A stretch of 64,000 nucleotides of DNA. Origin: Chloroflexota bacterium. GTDB taxonomy: Bacteria; Chloroflexota; Limnocylindria; P2-11E. Within the stretch, counting starts at the first letter, position 1, and each line of letters opens with the position of its first letter. A program made the translations under genes and the position numbers. Positions 1 through 8,923 of the stretch are shown here, in pieces. Location of the stretch: contig DAIDAP010000037.1 in assembly GCA_027310565.1 (NCBI GenBank), positions 256,163-320,162 on the forward strand. The letters run 5' to 3'. Below the pieces are notes generated by a model. It was not told the origin of the DNA. It was given only the letters and a program-made list of their open reading frames with translations, and did no database searches.

Positions 1-72
1 CTCGAGCTCGGGCTGGTCGAAGCTCGACCCCACCGCCGCGAAAGGCGTCTTCTCGTCCTGCGTCCTCGCCAT
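1..72 (-). CDS. 5' end of an unidentified gene running off the window start (24 aa visible: MARTQDEKTPFAAVGSSFDQPELE)
   Basis: ATG at 70-72 preceded by the strong RBS GGAGAGGAG. Only 24 aa are visible, so no product call is possible. Confidence 0.3.
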   Translation of the reverse strand, partial: MARTQDEKTPFAAVGSSFDQPELE

Positions 73-87
73 GCGCTCCTCTCCAAC

Positions 88-115
88 AAAAAAGCCGTCC
101 CGCTCTCGGGACGGC
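88..115 (-). terminator. Intrinsic-terminator-like hairpin plus U-tract in the 5' leader of the minus-strand gene at 1..72 (possible attenuator or riboswitch expression platform)
   Basis: On the minus strand: GCCGTCCCG-AGAG-CGGGACGGC (9-bp GC stem) followed by UUUUUU. The U-run ends 3 nt before the RBS. A run of A/T is highly unusual in this GC-rich DNA. Confidence 0.35.
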
Positions 116-341
116 AAAGCCGTGGTACCACCCGAGTTGCCCGCTCCCGCTCCGGACCGGGCCACTCCTCTTGGAGACGTCAAACAACGTCCGCCGCTTG
201 ACAACGGAGCGGCCGCTCCGGCCGGGTCTAGTCGCCCGTCGAGGGCTTTCTTCCGGCAGCTCGGGGTGGATGGCCCCTCGGCGCCTTTCGGGGCAAGTCT
301 ACAGCGGGGCGCGCCGCGGCCCCCGCCCCCGTCGCCCCGCC

Positions 342-929
342 GTGACAGCGGCGCTGCGGCGCGACCCGGTGGCGACCCTCCTCGACGTCGATCTCGACGG
401 GCTCATGGACCTGAACGAGGCGCACGGGCACGACGCGGGGGATCGCGCCATCGCCGCAACCACGGCCGCGCTCGGCGCGGTCGCCAGGAAGCAGGGCTGG
501 ACCCTCGGCCGCATCGGCGGCGACGAGTTCGCCCTGCTCGCTCCCGCGGTCGCCCTCGAGGCGGCCTTCCTCCGCGCCGACCAGATCCGCCGCGACACCG
601 ATGCCGCGCTCGCGAAGGCGCTCCCGCCGGGTCAACGCTGCACGGTGACGATCGGCGTCGCGAACACGCCGCGCGACACCAGGGCCCGCGGGCCGGAGGC
701 CGCGAGCGAGCTGCTGCGGCGGGCGGACCTGGCGCTCCACGCGGCGAAGGAGCAGGGCGGCGACACGGTCGGCCTGACGCCGGCGGACGACATGGTGCTC
801 AAGTCGTCCTACTACGGCGCCGCGCAGCTCGGCCGCCTCAAGGGGCTCGCCGAGCGCATGAAGAAGAAGGAGGCGGTGCTCCTGCGCGAGGCGCTCGACG
901 ACCTGCTGCGCAAGTACGAGCGCGCGTAG
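342..929 (+). CDS. GGDEF-domain protein (diguanylate cyclase-like) with a C-terminal coiled-coil tail
   Basis: Motifs LLDVDLDGLMDLNEAHGHDAGD and RIGGDEFALL (GGDEF signature). The GTG at 342 is the chosen start because the upstream part of the 171..929 ORF is Arg-rich junk; the start is uncertain. The N-terminal DPLTGL helix of canonical GGDEF domains is absent. Confidence 0.6.
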   Translation: MTAALRRDPVATLLDVDLDGLMDLNEAHGHDAGDRAIAATTAALGAVARKQGWTLGRIGGDEFALLAPAVALEAAFLRADQIRRDTDAALAKALPPGQRCTVTIGVANTPRDTRARGPEAASELLRRADLALHAAKEQGGDTVGLTPADDMVLKSSYYGAAQLGRLKGLAERMKKKEAVLLREALDDLLRKYERA

Positions 930-938
930 CCTGGACGG

Positions 939-1535
939 GTGGAGCTGCCCGCCGCCGTCACCGCCGAGCTCGACGACCTCGCGAGGCGCTATGGGGCGCC
1001 GCGGCGCGTCGAGGCGCCGATCGACGACTCGTTCAGGGATCCGATCTGGCGGCGCGACCGCTTCGGCGAGGTGTGCATGGTGATCCTCCGGCCGAACGGC
1101 AGGCTCCTGCTCTCGATCAAGACCTTCTATCCGCGCGGCGCGTATCGCCTGCCGACCGGCGGGATCAACCACGGCGAGGGCGTCTTCGACGCGCTCGTCC
1201 GCGAGACCGAGGAGGAGACGGGCCTGCGGACCGCGGTCCGCCGCTTCCTCGCGCGCATCGCCTACACGCCGAAGGCGCACCCGGGCGCCGCGCCCGTCTT
1301 CCACACGTTCGCGTTCCTTCTCGACGAGCTGGGCGGCGAGCTCGGCATCGATCCCGCCGAGCACATGGAGGCGTGGCACGAGGCGGATCCGGCCGAGCTG
1401 CCCACGGTCGCGGACTTCCTCGACGACCTGCGGACCTCCGGCACGCTGGACATCGGCGGCGACTGGCGCGCGTGGGGCCGCTTCCGCGCGGTGGTGCACC
1501 GCGTGGCGCACGCGGCGCTGACTACTCCAGCCTGA
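939..1535 (+). CDS. NUDIX hydrolase
   Basis: Nudix box GGINHGEGVFDALVRETEEETGL (GX5EX7REUXEEXGU). GTG start at 939; the true start may be internal (MVILRPNG). Confidence 0.65.
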   Translation: MELPAAVTAELDDLARRYGAPRRVEAPIDDSFRDPIWRRDRFGEVCMVILRPNGRLLLSIKTFYPRGAYRLPTGGINHGEGVFDALVRETEEETGLRTAVRRFLARIAYTPKAHPGAAPVFHTFAFLLDELGGELGIDPAEHMEAWHEADPAELPTVADFLDDLRTSGTLDIGGDWRAWGRFRAVVHRVAHAALTTPA

Positions 1536-2610
1536 AGAAGCGGACCGCGATCGCGAACGTGATCGCGGTCCACACGACGATGCCCACCAGGTCGCCGCGC
1601 ACGTCACCGAGCGAGGCGCCGGCGATCGCCACCTGCCGCAGCGCGTCGTTGAGGAACGTCAGCGGCAGGTAGTCGGAGATCGGCCTCAGGAACGCCGGCA
1701 CGACGTCGCGCGAGAAGAAGACCCCTGAGAGGAACAGCTGCGGCAGCGTGACGAGCTGCATCACGGCGGGTGCGGCGTTCTCGGTCGCGACGAAGGCGGT
1801 CACCGCGAAGCCGACGCAGAGGAAGAGGACGCTGCCGAGCAGGGCCAGCAGCAGCACCGCCGCCATGCTGCCGACGATCCGCACGTCGAAGGCGAGCACG
1901 GCGACGCCGATGAGGATGAGGACCTGCAGGATCGCGACGACGAGCCGGTGCAGGACGTGCGCGGCCATGTAGCTCCGGCGCGGGATGGGCGTCGCCATGA
2001 TCCGCCGGATGACGCCCCGCTGGCGGTCCACGACGAAGCCGAACATCACGCTGGAGACGCCGAGCTGCATGATCGTCATGCCGACGATCCCGGGCGTGAG
2101 GAAGTCCACGTACGAGAGCCTCCGGCCCTGCACCGCCTCGCGCCGCAGCGCGACGATCGGCTGGGTCCGCGAGACCGCGAAGGACATCTGGTCGACGGCC
2201 TGCGTGATGATCGCCGAGCCCACGTTCGCCTGCTCCGGCCGGGCCTCGCTCTCGTAGAGCGTGAGGACGGGCACGCTCGAACCCGCCGCGGCCGGCGCGA
2301 TGCGGAAGTCGCCGGGGATGACGACGACGAGGTCGCGCTCACCCTTCCCGAGGCTCGTGAGCTCGTCCGTGCGGCTGCCCTCGGTGAGCCGCAGGGTCTC
2401 TATCCTCCCCAGCGCGGCGCGAAAGGCCGCGCTGTCCGCGTTCCCCGCCTCGTCGACGATCCCCAGGCTCACCGTGCCGAACGCGCCGAGGTCCAGCACC
2501 CCGAAGAGCCCCATGAAGAGGAGCGGGAAGAAGAAGCCGAAGAAGAGCGCGGTGCGGTCGCGCAGGTACGCGCGGCTGAGGAAGAGCGTGTAGCGCAGCA
2601 CCCGACCCAC
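1522..2610 (-). CDS. ABC-2 type transporter permease
   Basis: The C-terminal 363 aa of the 677-aa ORF have six TM segments and ABC-2 permease topology. GTG start at 2610 overlaps the stop of the upstream ATPase gene (TAGTG). The rest of the 677-aa ORF is an antisense artefact across the ATPase gene. Confidence 0.7.
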   Translation of the reverse strand: MGRVLRYTLFLSRAYLRDRTALFFGFFFPLLFMGLFGVLDLGAFGTVSLGIVDEAGNADSAAFRAALGRIETLRLTEGSRTDELTSLGKGERDLVVVIPGDFRIAPAAAGSSVPVLTLYESEARPEQANVGSAIITQAVDQMSFAVSRTQPIVALRREAVQGRRLSYVDFLTPGIVGMTIMQLGVSSVMFGFVVDRQRGVIRRIMATPIPRRSYMAAHVLHRLVVAILQVLILIGVAVLAFDVRIVGSMAAVLLLALLGSVLFLCVGFAVTAFVATENAAPAVMQLVTLPQLFLSGVFFSRDVVPAFLRPISDYLPLTFLNDALRQVAIAGASLGDVRGDLVGIVVWTAITFAIAVRFFRLE

Positions 2611-3371
2611 TAGTCGTCCCGCAGCGCGTGGCCGGTCAGGTCGAGGAACACGTCCTCCAGGTCGGCCTGCTGCTGGACGACGGTCTTGGTGAACCCCCGC
2701 GCCAGCAGGCCGTCGACGAGCGCCCGGGGCGCGTCGAGGGCGACGACCCGGCCGCGGTCCACGATCGCGACGCGGTCGCAGAGCGCCTCCGCCTCGTCCA
2801 TGTAATGCGTCGTGAGGAGCACCGTCGTCCCGCGCGCGCGGATGCCGCGGACGAGGTCCCAGAGGTTGCGGCGCGCCTGCGGATCCAGCCCCGTCGTCGG
2901 CTCGTCGAGGAAGAGCACCTGCGGCTCGTTCACCATGGCGACGGCGATCGAGAGCCGCTGCCGCTGTCCTCCGGAGAGCTTCTCCGACCGCTGGCCGGCC
3001 TTCTCCTCGAGCCCGACGGACCGCAGCAGCTCCATCGCGTCGACCCGGCGCCCATAGAAGACGCCGAAGAGCTGCACGATCTCGCGCGCGAGGAAGTTCT
3101 CGGGGAACGCGCTCGACTGCAGCTGCACCCCGATGCGCTCCTTCACTCCGGAGGGGTCGCGCCGCACGTCGATCCCCGCGACGACGGCGCTGCCGGCGTC
3201 GGCCGTGCGCAGCCCCTCCAGGATCTCCACCGTCGTGGTCTTCCCCGCTCCGTTCGGGCCGAGCAGGGCAAAAATCTCCCCACGTGCGACGTCGAACGAG
3301 ACCCCGGCGAGGGCCTCGATCGCGCCGTAGCTCTTGCGCAGGTCGCGCACCGACACGATCGGTCCGCTCAC
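2610..3371 (-). CDS. ABC transporter ATP-binding protein (ABC-2/daunorubicin-type exporter)
   Basis: Walker A GPNGAGKTT, signature LSGGQRQRL, Walker B LFLDEPTTGLD, H-loop. GTG start overlaps the upstream membrane-protein stop (GTGA). Confidence 0.9.
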   Translation of the reverse strand: MSGPIVSVRDLRKSYGAIEALAGVSFDVARGEIFALLGPNGAGKTTTVEILEGLRTADAGSAVVAGIDVRRDPSGVKERIGVQLQSSAFPENFLAREIVQLFGVFYGRRVDAMELLRSVGLEEKAGQRSEKLSGGQRQRLSIAVAMVNEPQVLFLDEPTTGLDPQARRNLWDLVRGIRARGTTVLLTTHYMDEAEALCDRVAIVDRGRVVALDAPRALVDGLLARGFTKTVVQQQADLEDVFLDLTGHALRDD

Positions 3372-3871
3372 GGCTGCACGAGCGCGCGATACAGCTTGTC
3401 GTGGATGAAGAGGAGCGCGGGCAGGAGCAGCACGGCCGCGACCACGATCCGCAGGACGACCGGGTGCGGCCGCCGCAGACGCATGTAGGTGACGACGAGC
3501 GCGGCCGCGACCGCGCCGAGGAGCGGGACCTGCACGAACCAGTGGCTGGGGTCAACGCCGTCGAAGATGAGCGAGTAGATCGTCGCGGCGTCGAGGGTCC
3601 CGGCGGTGAGGCCGATGACGGCGAAGACGCCGGCGTTGCGGATCGGGTCGCGCACGACCAGCAGCAGCGCCAGCGCGAGCGCGCCGAGGACCGCCGCCAG
3701 CATCCGCTCGTAGACGCGGTGGTAGGGAGCGATGAGGAACGCGGTCGGGAACACGAAGGAGAGCAGCATGGGCATCAGCAGGAGCACCGCGCTCACGACG
3801 GCCACGAAGCGCGCCTCGCGCAGCGTCCCGGTGCTCACATGAGCTCCGCGCTCCATCGCTCGGAGTCTCAT
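3368..3871 (-). CDS. Small integral membrane protein (4-5 TM), first gene of the ABC-2 operon
   Basis: Hydrophobic TM-rich ORF translationally coupled to the ATPase gene. No recognisable family. Start ambiguous (M1 or M6). Confidence 0.45.
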   Translation of the reverse strand: MRLRAMERGAHVSTGTLREARFVAVVSAVLLLMPMLLSFVFPTAFLIAPYHRVYERMLAAVLGALALALLLVVRDPIRNAGVFAVIGLTAGTLDAATIYSLIFDGVDPSHWFVQVPLLGAVAAALVVTYMRLRRPHPVVLRIVVAAVLLLPALLFIHDKLYRALVQP

Positions 3872-3876
3872 ACGCT

Positions 3877-5478
3877 ATGAGGTCCATGTCGAATTCGCGG
3901 CCGACGTCCAGACCGCGCGGCCCGCAGGCCATCCCGCTCACGTCCGAGCAGGTCTCACCCGGCTTCGCCGCGCTGCTCTCCGGCCTGCTGCCGGGACTCG
4001 GACAGGCCTACGGCCATCGGTGGATCCGCGGCATCCTCATGCTCATCACCCCGGTGCTCGTCCTGACGCTTGGGACGGCGTTCATCGTGTGGGCGGACCC
4101 GCTCGCCGCGTTCGCGTTCCGCAACGCGCCGCTCGTCGCGTTCGTCGTCATCGGAGGCGCCTTCGCCTTCCACCTGTTCGTCGTCGGCGACGCGTTCGCG
4201 GGCCGCATGCACCGGCTGCGCGGCCGGCACGCCCTCGACTACGCGGCGCTCGCGCTGGTCACGGTCGCGCTCGTCGCCGGGTACGGCACGATCTACCGCG
4301 AGTCGGCGCCGTGGGCGGCGCTGGCGGCGCGCGTCTTCGCGCCGCTCTCGCGCGCTCCGGCGACGACCCCGGGCGATAGGCGCGAGCCGCCGCCGGCGTG
4401 GACCGGCGAGGAGCGCCTCAACGTCCTCCTCCTGGGGATCGACAGCCGCGACGGCGATCCGGTGGACCGCAACACCGATACGATGATCGTCCTGTCGCTC
4501 GATCCGTCGAACGGGACCGGCGCGATGCTGTCGATCCCGCGCGACATCTACGTCGACCGGCCCGGTCTCTTCCAGGGAAAGATCAACGCCGCATTCGCGG
4601 CCGGGGGCCCGCAGCTCGCGCGTCGGGTCGTCGACGACCTCCTCGGGATCCGCATCAACTCGTACGCGCTCATCAACTTCGCCGCGTTCACGCGCATCGT
4701 GGACGGGGTCGGCGGTCTGGTCGTCGACGCCCGCCGCCCGCTCCGTGACGAGGCATACCCGACGGAGAGCTACGGCGTCGAGCGCCTCGATATCCCGGCC
4801 GGCCCGCAGCTGATGCTCGGTGACGTCGCGCTGAAGTACGCGCGCTCGCGCCACGACTCGAACGACTTCAGCCGCGCCGCGCGGCAGCAGACCGTCATCG
4901 CCGCGCTGCGCACACGCCTCGCGCAGCCGGAGGCGTTCCGCGGCCTGCCGGCGCTCATCGGGAGCGTCGGTACGACCATCGAGACCGACTTCGACCCGGC
5001 GAACGTCCTTCCGCTCGCGCGCACCGCGACGGGCATCGACGGCTCGCGGATCGAAAGCGCCGTGCTCGTGCCGTGCGGCGCCGGCCTGAATCCCTGCCAG
5101 CTCACGGAGCGGACCGACGGCGGCTACTTCCTGATCCCGGACGACGCGAAGGTGCGGGCGCTCGTGGCGCGGCTGTTCTACGACCCGCGGATCCGGCGGG
5201 AGGCCGCGCGCGTCGACGTCGAGAACGCCGGCGCGCCGCCGGGTGCGGCACGCGAGGTGGCCGACCTCCTCGCCCAGCGCGCCTACGGTGTGGGCGAGGT
5301 CGGCGATGCCGAGCCCGCACCGTCGGCCGTCGTGCTGCGGAACCCCGCGAAACGCTACACCGCCGACCAGCTGAAGGAGCTCCTCGGGATCCCCGTGGAG
5401 ACCTCGACCGGGACGGGGCTGCCGGACGTGGTCGTCCGGCTCGGCTCCGACTACCGGGGCCCGGCGACCGCGAAGTGA
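3877..5478 (+). CDS. LytR-CpsA-Psr (LCP) family cell-envelope phosphotransferase
   Basis: N-terminal TM anchor, then LCP core motifs LLLGIDSRDG, DTMIVLSLDP, LSIPRDIYVD and GKINAAFAAGG. Confidence 0.8.
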   Translation: MRSMSNSRPTSRPRGPQAIPLTSEQVSPGFAALLSGLLPGLGQAYGHRWIRGILMLITPVLVLTLGTAFIVWADPLAAFAFRNAPLVAFVVIGGAFAFHLFVVGDAFAGRMHRLRGRHALDYAALALVTVALVAGYGTIYRESAPWAALAARVFAPLSRAPATTPGDRREPPPAWTGEERLNVLLLGIDSRDGDPVDRNTDTMIVLSLDPSNGTGAMLSIPRDIYVDRPGLFQGKINAAFAAGGPQLARRVVDDLLGIRINSYALINFAAFTRIVDGVGGLVVDARRPLRDEAYPTESYGVERLDIPAGPQLMLGDVALKYARSRHDSNDFSRAARQQTVIAALRTRLAQPEAFRGLPALIGSVGTTIETDFDPANVLPLARTATGIDGSRIESAVLVPCGAGLNPCQLTERTDGGYFLIPDDAKVRALVARLFYDPRIRREAARVDVENAGAPPGAAREVADLLAQRAYGVGEVGDAEPAPSAVVLRNPAKRYTADQLKELLGIPVETSTGTGLPDVVVRLGSDYRGPATAK

Positions 5479-5479
5479 C

Positions 5480-6448
5480 CTACTTCTTGTAGATCGCCGT
5501 CAGCCAGTCGCGGTACTTCGCGTTCTTCCCGCGGACCGAGTCGAAGTAGATCCTGGCGATCCGCCTCGCGATCGGCCCGACCTCGCCGGTGCCGACGGGC
5601 CGGTGGTCGATGGTCGTGACCGGAGCCACCTGGACCCCCGTGCCGCAGAGGAACGCCTCGTCGGCGAGGTACAGCTCGGTGCGGTCGATGCGCCGGATCT
5701 CGACGGGGATCTTCTCGTCGGCGGCGATGCGCAGGATGTTCGAGCGGACGATGCCCTCGAGGATGTTGTCGCTCGCGGGCGGCGTCACCAGCGCTCCGCC
5801 GCGGACGAGGAAGAGGTTCGCGGCGCTCCCCTCGGAAACGTGCCCGTCGTCGGTGAGGACGATCGCCTCGTTGAACCCGGCCTGCTCGGCCTCGGTCTTC
5901 GACAGCGCGGGGTTCACGTAGGAGCCGGTGATCTTGCCGCGAGCCGGGATGGCGTTGTCGTCGACGCGCCGCCAGGACGAGACGTGGCAGGAGATCCCAC
6001 CCTCGATCGGGACGTAGTTGCCGAACGGGACCGCGAACATGGTGAAGGCGTCCTCGAGGTCATGGAGTCGCACGCCGATGAGCTCGCTGGCCTTGTAGGC
6101 GATGGGCCGGAGGTAAGTGTCTTCGCGGTAGCCACACCGGCGAAGCAGCTCGATGGCGATGTCGATGAGGTCTTCGACGGAGTGCTGGAGGGAGATGCGC
6201 ATGATCCGGCAGGAGCCGTGGAGCCGGGTGAAATGCTCGCGGAAATGGAGGCCGTAGAGCTGCTGGTCGTCCGCGCTCCAGTACGCCCGGATGCCCTCGA
6301 AGACGCCCGTGCCGTAGTTGAAGGCGTGGGTCATGACGCTGATCTTCGCGTCGCGGATCGGCACGAACGCGCCGTTCAGGTACGCCCAGGCGGAATCGGG
6401 CGCGGCGCCCTTGGGCAGCTTCGCGGGCCGGCTCAGTTCCTGGACCAT
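5480..6448 (-). CDS. ilvE: Branched-chain amino acid aminotransferase
   Basis: Fold-type IV PLP enzyme with motifs typical of IlvE (FEGIRAY, KITGSYVN, LFLVRGGALVTP, EAFLCGTGVQVAPV). Start ATG at 6448 (MVQELS) has an upstream GGAG; the longer ORF start at 6535 is unlikely. Confidence 0.85.
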   Translation of the reverse strand: MVQELSRPAKLPKGAAPDSAWAYLNGAFVPIRDAKISVMTHAFNYGTGVFEGIRAYWSADDQQLYGLHFREHFTRLHGSCRIMRISLQHSVEDLIDIAIELLRRCGYREDTYLRPIAYKASELIGVRLHDLEDAFTMFAVPFGNYVPIEGGISCHVSSWRRVDDNAIPARGKITGSYVNPALSKTEAEQAGFNEAIVLTDDGHVSEGSAANLFLVRGGALVTPPASDNILEGIVRSNILRIAADEKIPVEIRRIDRTELYLADEAFLCGTGVQVAPVTTIDHRPVGTGEVGPIARRIARIYFDSVRGKNAKYRDWLTAIYKK

Positions 6449-6566
6449 GCTGCGTCTCCTCATCCGGTCGCCGTCGGCGAACCTGTCCGGCCGACTGCAC
6501 GTCCCCGCGCCGACCTCGTTCTCGCATTGTGACACGGCGCCGGCCGGGCCCGGGCTTGCCTGACGT

Positions 6567-6599
6567 GGTCAGACCGCTAGCATCCCGGCTGGTCAGACC
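6567..6599. promoter_or_regulatory. Two copies of the palindromic operator TGGTCAGACC (FadR-subfamily GntR type) between divergent ilvE and the CaCA gene
   Basis: gTGGTCAGACCg at 6567-6576 and cTGGTCAGACCg at 6590-6599. Palindrome GGTC-A-GACC. The same motif recurs at four other intergenic sites in this window (see findings). Confidence 0.6.
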
Positions 6600-6710
6600 G
6601 GCGTGCGTCCGTTCGCGAGCAAGGCAAAAGGAGTCCGTGGTGGTGTTGGCGATCAACTGGCTGCGCGCACGCTCCCGCAGGACCGGCTCCGCGCCCGCCG
6701 GCGACGGCGG

Positions 6711-7784
6711 GTGACCCCCCTCGACCTCGGCCTCATCGCCGGCGCGTTCGTCCTCATCCTCGTCGGAGCCGAGGTCTTCACCAACGGCGTCGAGTGGCTC
6801 GGGATCATGCTGAACATGACGGAGGGCGCGACCGGCAGCATCCTCGCCGCGTTCGGCACCGCGACGCCGGAGACGCTCATCCCGGTCGTCGCGATCCTGT
6901 TCACGCGGTCCGCAGACGCGGCCGAGATCGGCGTCGGCGCGATCCTCGGCGCGCCGTTCATGCTGGGCACGCTGGTCATGCTGCTCATCGGCGCGACTGC
7001 CTTCCTGCTGCGCGGGCGGCGCGGGCGCGACACGCTGCAGGTCGACGCCGCGCACGCGACGCGGGACATGGGCTTCTTCCTGGTCCTGTACACGCTCGCG
7101 CTCGCGCTCGCGCTGCTGCCGGCCGGGGTCCGGTCCGTGAAGGGGATCGTCGGCTGGGTCTTCCTGCCCGCGTACGTGCTGTACCTCTTCCTCGTGCTCC
7201 GGACACCGCGGAGGAGCCATGCGGACCTCGAGGAGCAGGCCGAGGAGCGCGCGGCGTTCAGCGCGCTGACGTTCGCGACGTATCTGCGCCGCATCGGGCT
7301 CGCCGTGGCCCCGGCGCGCCCGCCGCTCTGGCTGGTCCTGGCGCAGACGCTCATCTCGTTCGGCGCGATCGTGCTCGGCGCCAAGTTCTTCGCCTCGTTC
7401 GTCGAGGACTTCTCGAACGCGATGGGGTTCAACACGCTGCTCGTGGCGCTGGTGCTCGCGCCGCTCGCCACGGAGCTGCCCGAGGCGGCGAACAGCCTCA
7501 TCTGGACGAAGGACGGCAAGGACGTCATCGCGCTCGGCAACGTGGCCGGCGCGATGGTCTTCCAGTCCACGATCCCGGTGACGATCGGCGTCCTGCTCAC
7601 GCCCTGGGAGATCGGGCGGTTCGGGACCGTCGCCGCCGTCTTCGCCCTGCTCTCCGGCGGCCTGATCTGGCTGCAGCTGCGCCTCCGGGCCCGTGAGAAC
7701 GCCCTCCCGGTCAGTGCGCTGATGCTTGGCGGCAGCCTCTACGTGGTGTTCATCGGATACGTGCTCTGGAGCGTCCTGGTGTAG
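6711..7784 (+). CDS. CaCA-family cation/Ca2+ exchanger-like membrane protein
   Basis: Two alpha-repeat motifs (GSILAAFGTATPE and GNVAGAMVFQSTIP) separated by a hydrophilic loop; about 10 TM. GTG 6711 is chosen because the Arg-rich N-terminus of the 6603 ORF is probably not translated. Confidence 0.65.
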   Translation: MTPLDLGLIAGAFVLILVGAEVFTNGVEWLGIMLNMTEGATGSILAAFGTATPETLIPVVAILFTRSADAAEIGVGAILGAPFMLGTLVMLLIGATAFLLRGRRGRDTLQVDAAHATRDMGFFLVLYTLALALALLPAGVRSVKGIVGWVFLPAYVLYLFLVLRTPRRSHADLEEQAEERAAFSALTFATYLRRIGLAVAPARPPLWLVLAQTLISFGAIVLGAKFFASFVEDFSNAMGFNTLLVALVLAPLATELPEAANSLIWTKDGKDVIALGNVAGAMVFQSTIPVTIGVLLTPWEIGRFGTVAAVFALLSGGLIWLQLRLRARENALPVSALMLGGSLYVVFIGYVLWSVLV

Positions 7785-7877
7785 CGAGAGCGACCGCCCA
7801 GGCCTGAAGAATAGAATCACCTCGACGCGGGCGGATGCTTCCCGCCCGCTCGAAGAGAGGGAGGTCGCGAAGGCTGC

Positions 7878-8897
7878 ATGAAGCGTCTGAATCCGCTCGC
7901 GCTCATCTCGATCCTCGCGATCCTGAGCACGTCGTGCGGCACGCTTGGCATCGGCGGCGGCTTGAAGATCGGCATGGTCACCGACATCGGCCAGCTCGAG
8001 GACAAGTCCTTCAACGAGTTCTCGTGGAAGGGCGTCCAGGACGGCGCCAAGGCCGTCGGCGGCACGGCGCAGGTCATCGTCACGAAGGACATCGCGGACT
8101 ACAAGCAGAACATCCAGCAGTTCGTCGACCAGAAGTACGACGTCATCGTCACCGTCGGCTTCCTCATCGGCACCGACACGCTCGCGGCGGCCCAGGCCAA
8201 CCCGGGCATCCAGTTCTTCGGGATCGACCAGTTCATCTGCGTCCCGGCCGACGCGAACGACAAGGAGTGCAAGGGCAAGGTCCCCGACAACTACCAGGGC
8301 CTCGTGTTCAACGAGGCGCAGGCCGGGTACCTCGCGGGCATCGTCGCCGGGACGATCACCAAGAGCGGCAAGATCGGGGCGGTCGGCGGCCGCTCGGACG
8401 TCCCGCCCGTCGTGAACTACATCAAGGGCTACGAAAACGGCGCGAAATCCGTGAAGTCGAACGTCCAGGTCCTCGTGAACTACACGGAGGACTTCAACGC
8501 CCCCGACAAGGGCGAGGCGTCGGCGAAGACGATGATCTCGCAGGGCGCCGACGTCGTCTTCCAGGTCGCCGGCCTCACCGGCGCTGGCGTCCTCCGCGCC
8601 GCCTGCAACGCGAAGGTCTGGGGCATCGGCGTGGACGTCGACCAGTACCTCTCGCTCCCCGACCTGCAGAGCTGCATCGTCACCAGCGCCGAGAAGCGGC
8701 TGCAGAACGCGGCCGGCGAGGCGATCAAGCGGTTCAAGGACAAGGGCAAGCAGAGCGGCAACTACACCAACGACGCGACGAACGCCGGGATCGGCGCGTC
8801 GCCGATCCGCAACCTCAGCCCCGTCCCGGCGGGTCTCGAGGACAAGATCAAGCAGGCCACCGAAGACATGAAGTCCGGGAAGCTGAAGCCGGTCTAG
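7878..8897 (+). CDS. BMP-family (PnrA/Med-like) ABC substrate-binding lipoprotein
   Basis: Lipobox LSTSC after a signal peptide. BMP family sequence features and operon context with a tandem-ATPase ABC protein and two permeases. Confidence 0.8.
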   Translation: MKRLNPLALISILAILSTSCGTLGIGGGLKIGMVTDIGQLEDKSFNEFSWKGVQDGAKAVGGTAQVIVTKDIADYKQNIQQFVDQKYDVIVTVGFLIGTDTLAAAQANPGIQFFGIDQFICVPADANDKECKGKVPDNYQGLVFNEAQAGYLAGIVAGTITKSGKIGAVGGRSDVPPVVNYIKGYENGAKSVKSNVQVLVNYTEDFNAPDKGEASAKTMISQGADVVFQVAGLTGAGVLRAACNAKVWGIGVDVDQYLSLPDLQSCIVTSAEKRLQNAAGEAIKRFKDKGKQSGNYTNDATNAGIGASPIRNLSPVPAGLEDKIKQATEDMKSGKLKPV

Positions 8898-8923
8898 CCG
8901 ACTGGCCTGTGGTGGACCGCGAG

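Noticed and set aside
171-929. Long start (ATG 171) for the GGDEF gene
   Set aside because: The upstream 57 codons are Arg-rich with no domain similarity; the domain-consistent GTG at 342 is preferred (uncertain).
71-1672. 533-aa plus-strand ORF and 228..1607 minus-strand ORF at the window start
   Set aside because: Both are Arg/Pro/Gly-rich and overlap the GGDEF and NUDIX genes in other frames; artefacts.
1522-3555. 677-aa ORF as one gene
   Set aside because: The C-terminal 363 aa are the ABC-2 permease (GTG 2610). The remainder is antisense to the ABC ATPase gene.
6060-7820. 586-aa ORF on the minus strand
   Set aside because: Arg/Asp/Glu/Pro-rich low-complexity translation antisense to the well-supported CaCA exchanger gene; a typical GC-rich antisense artefact.
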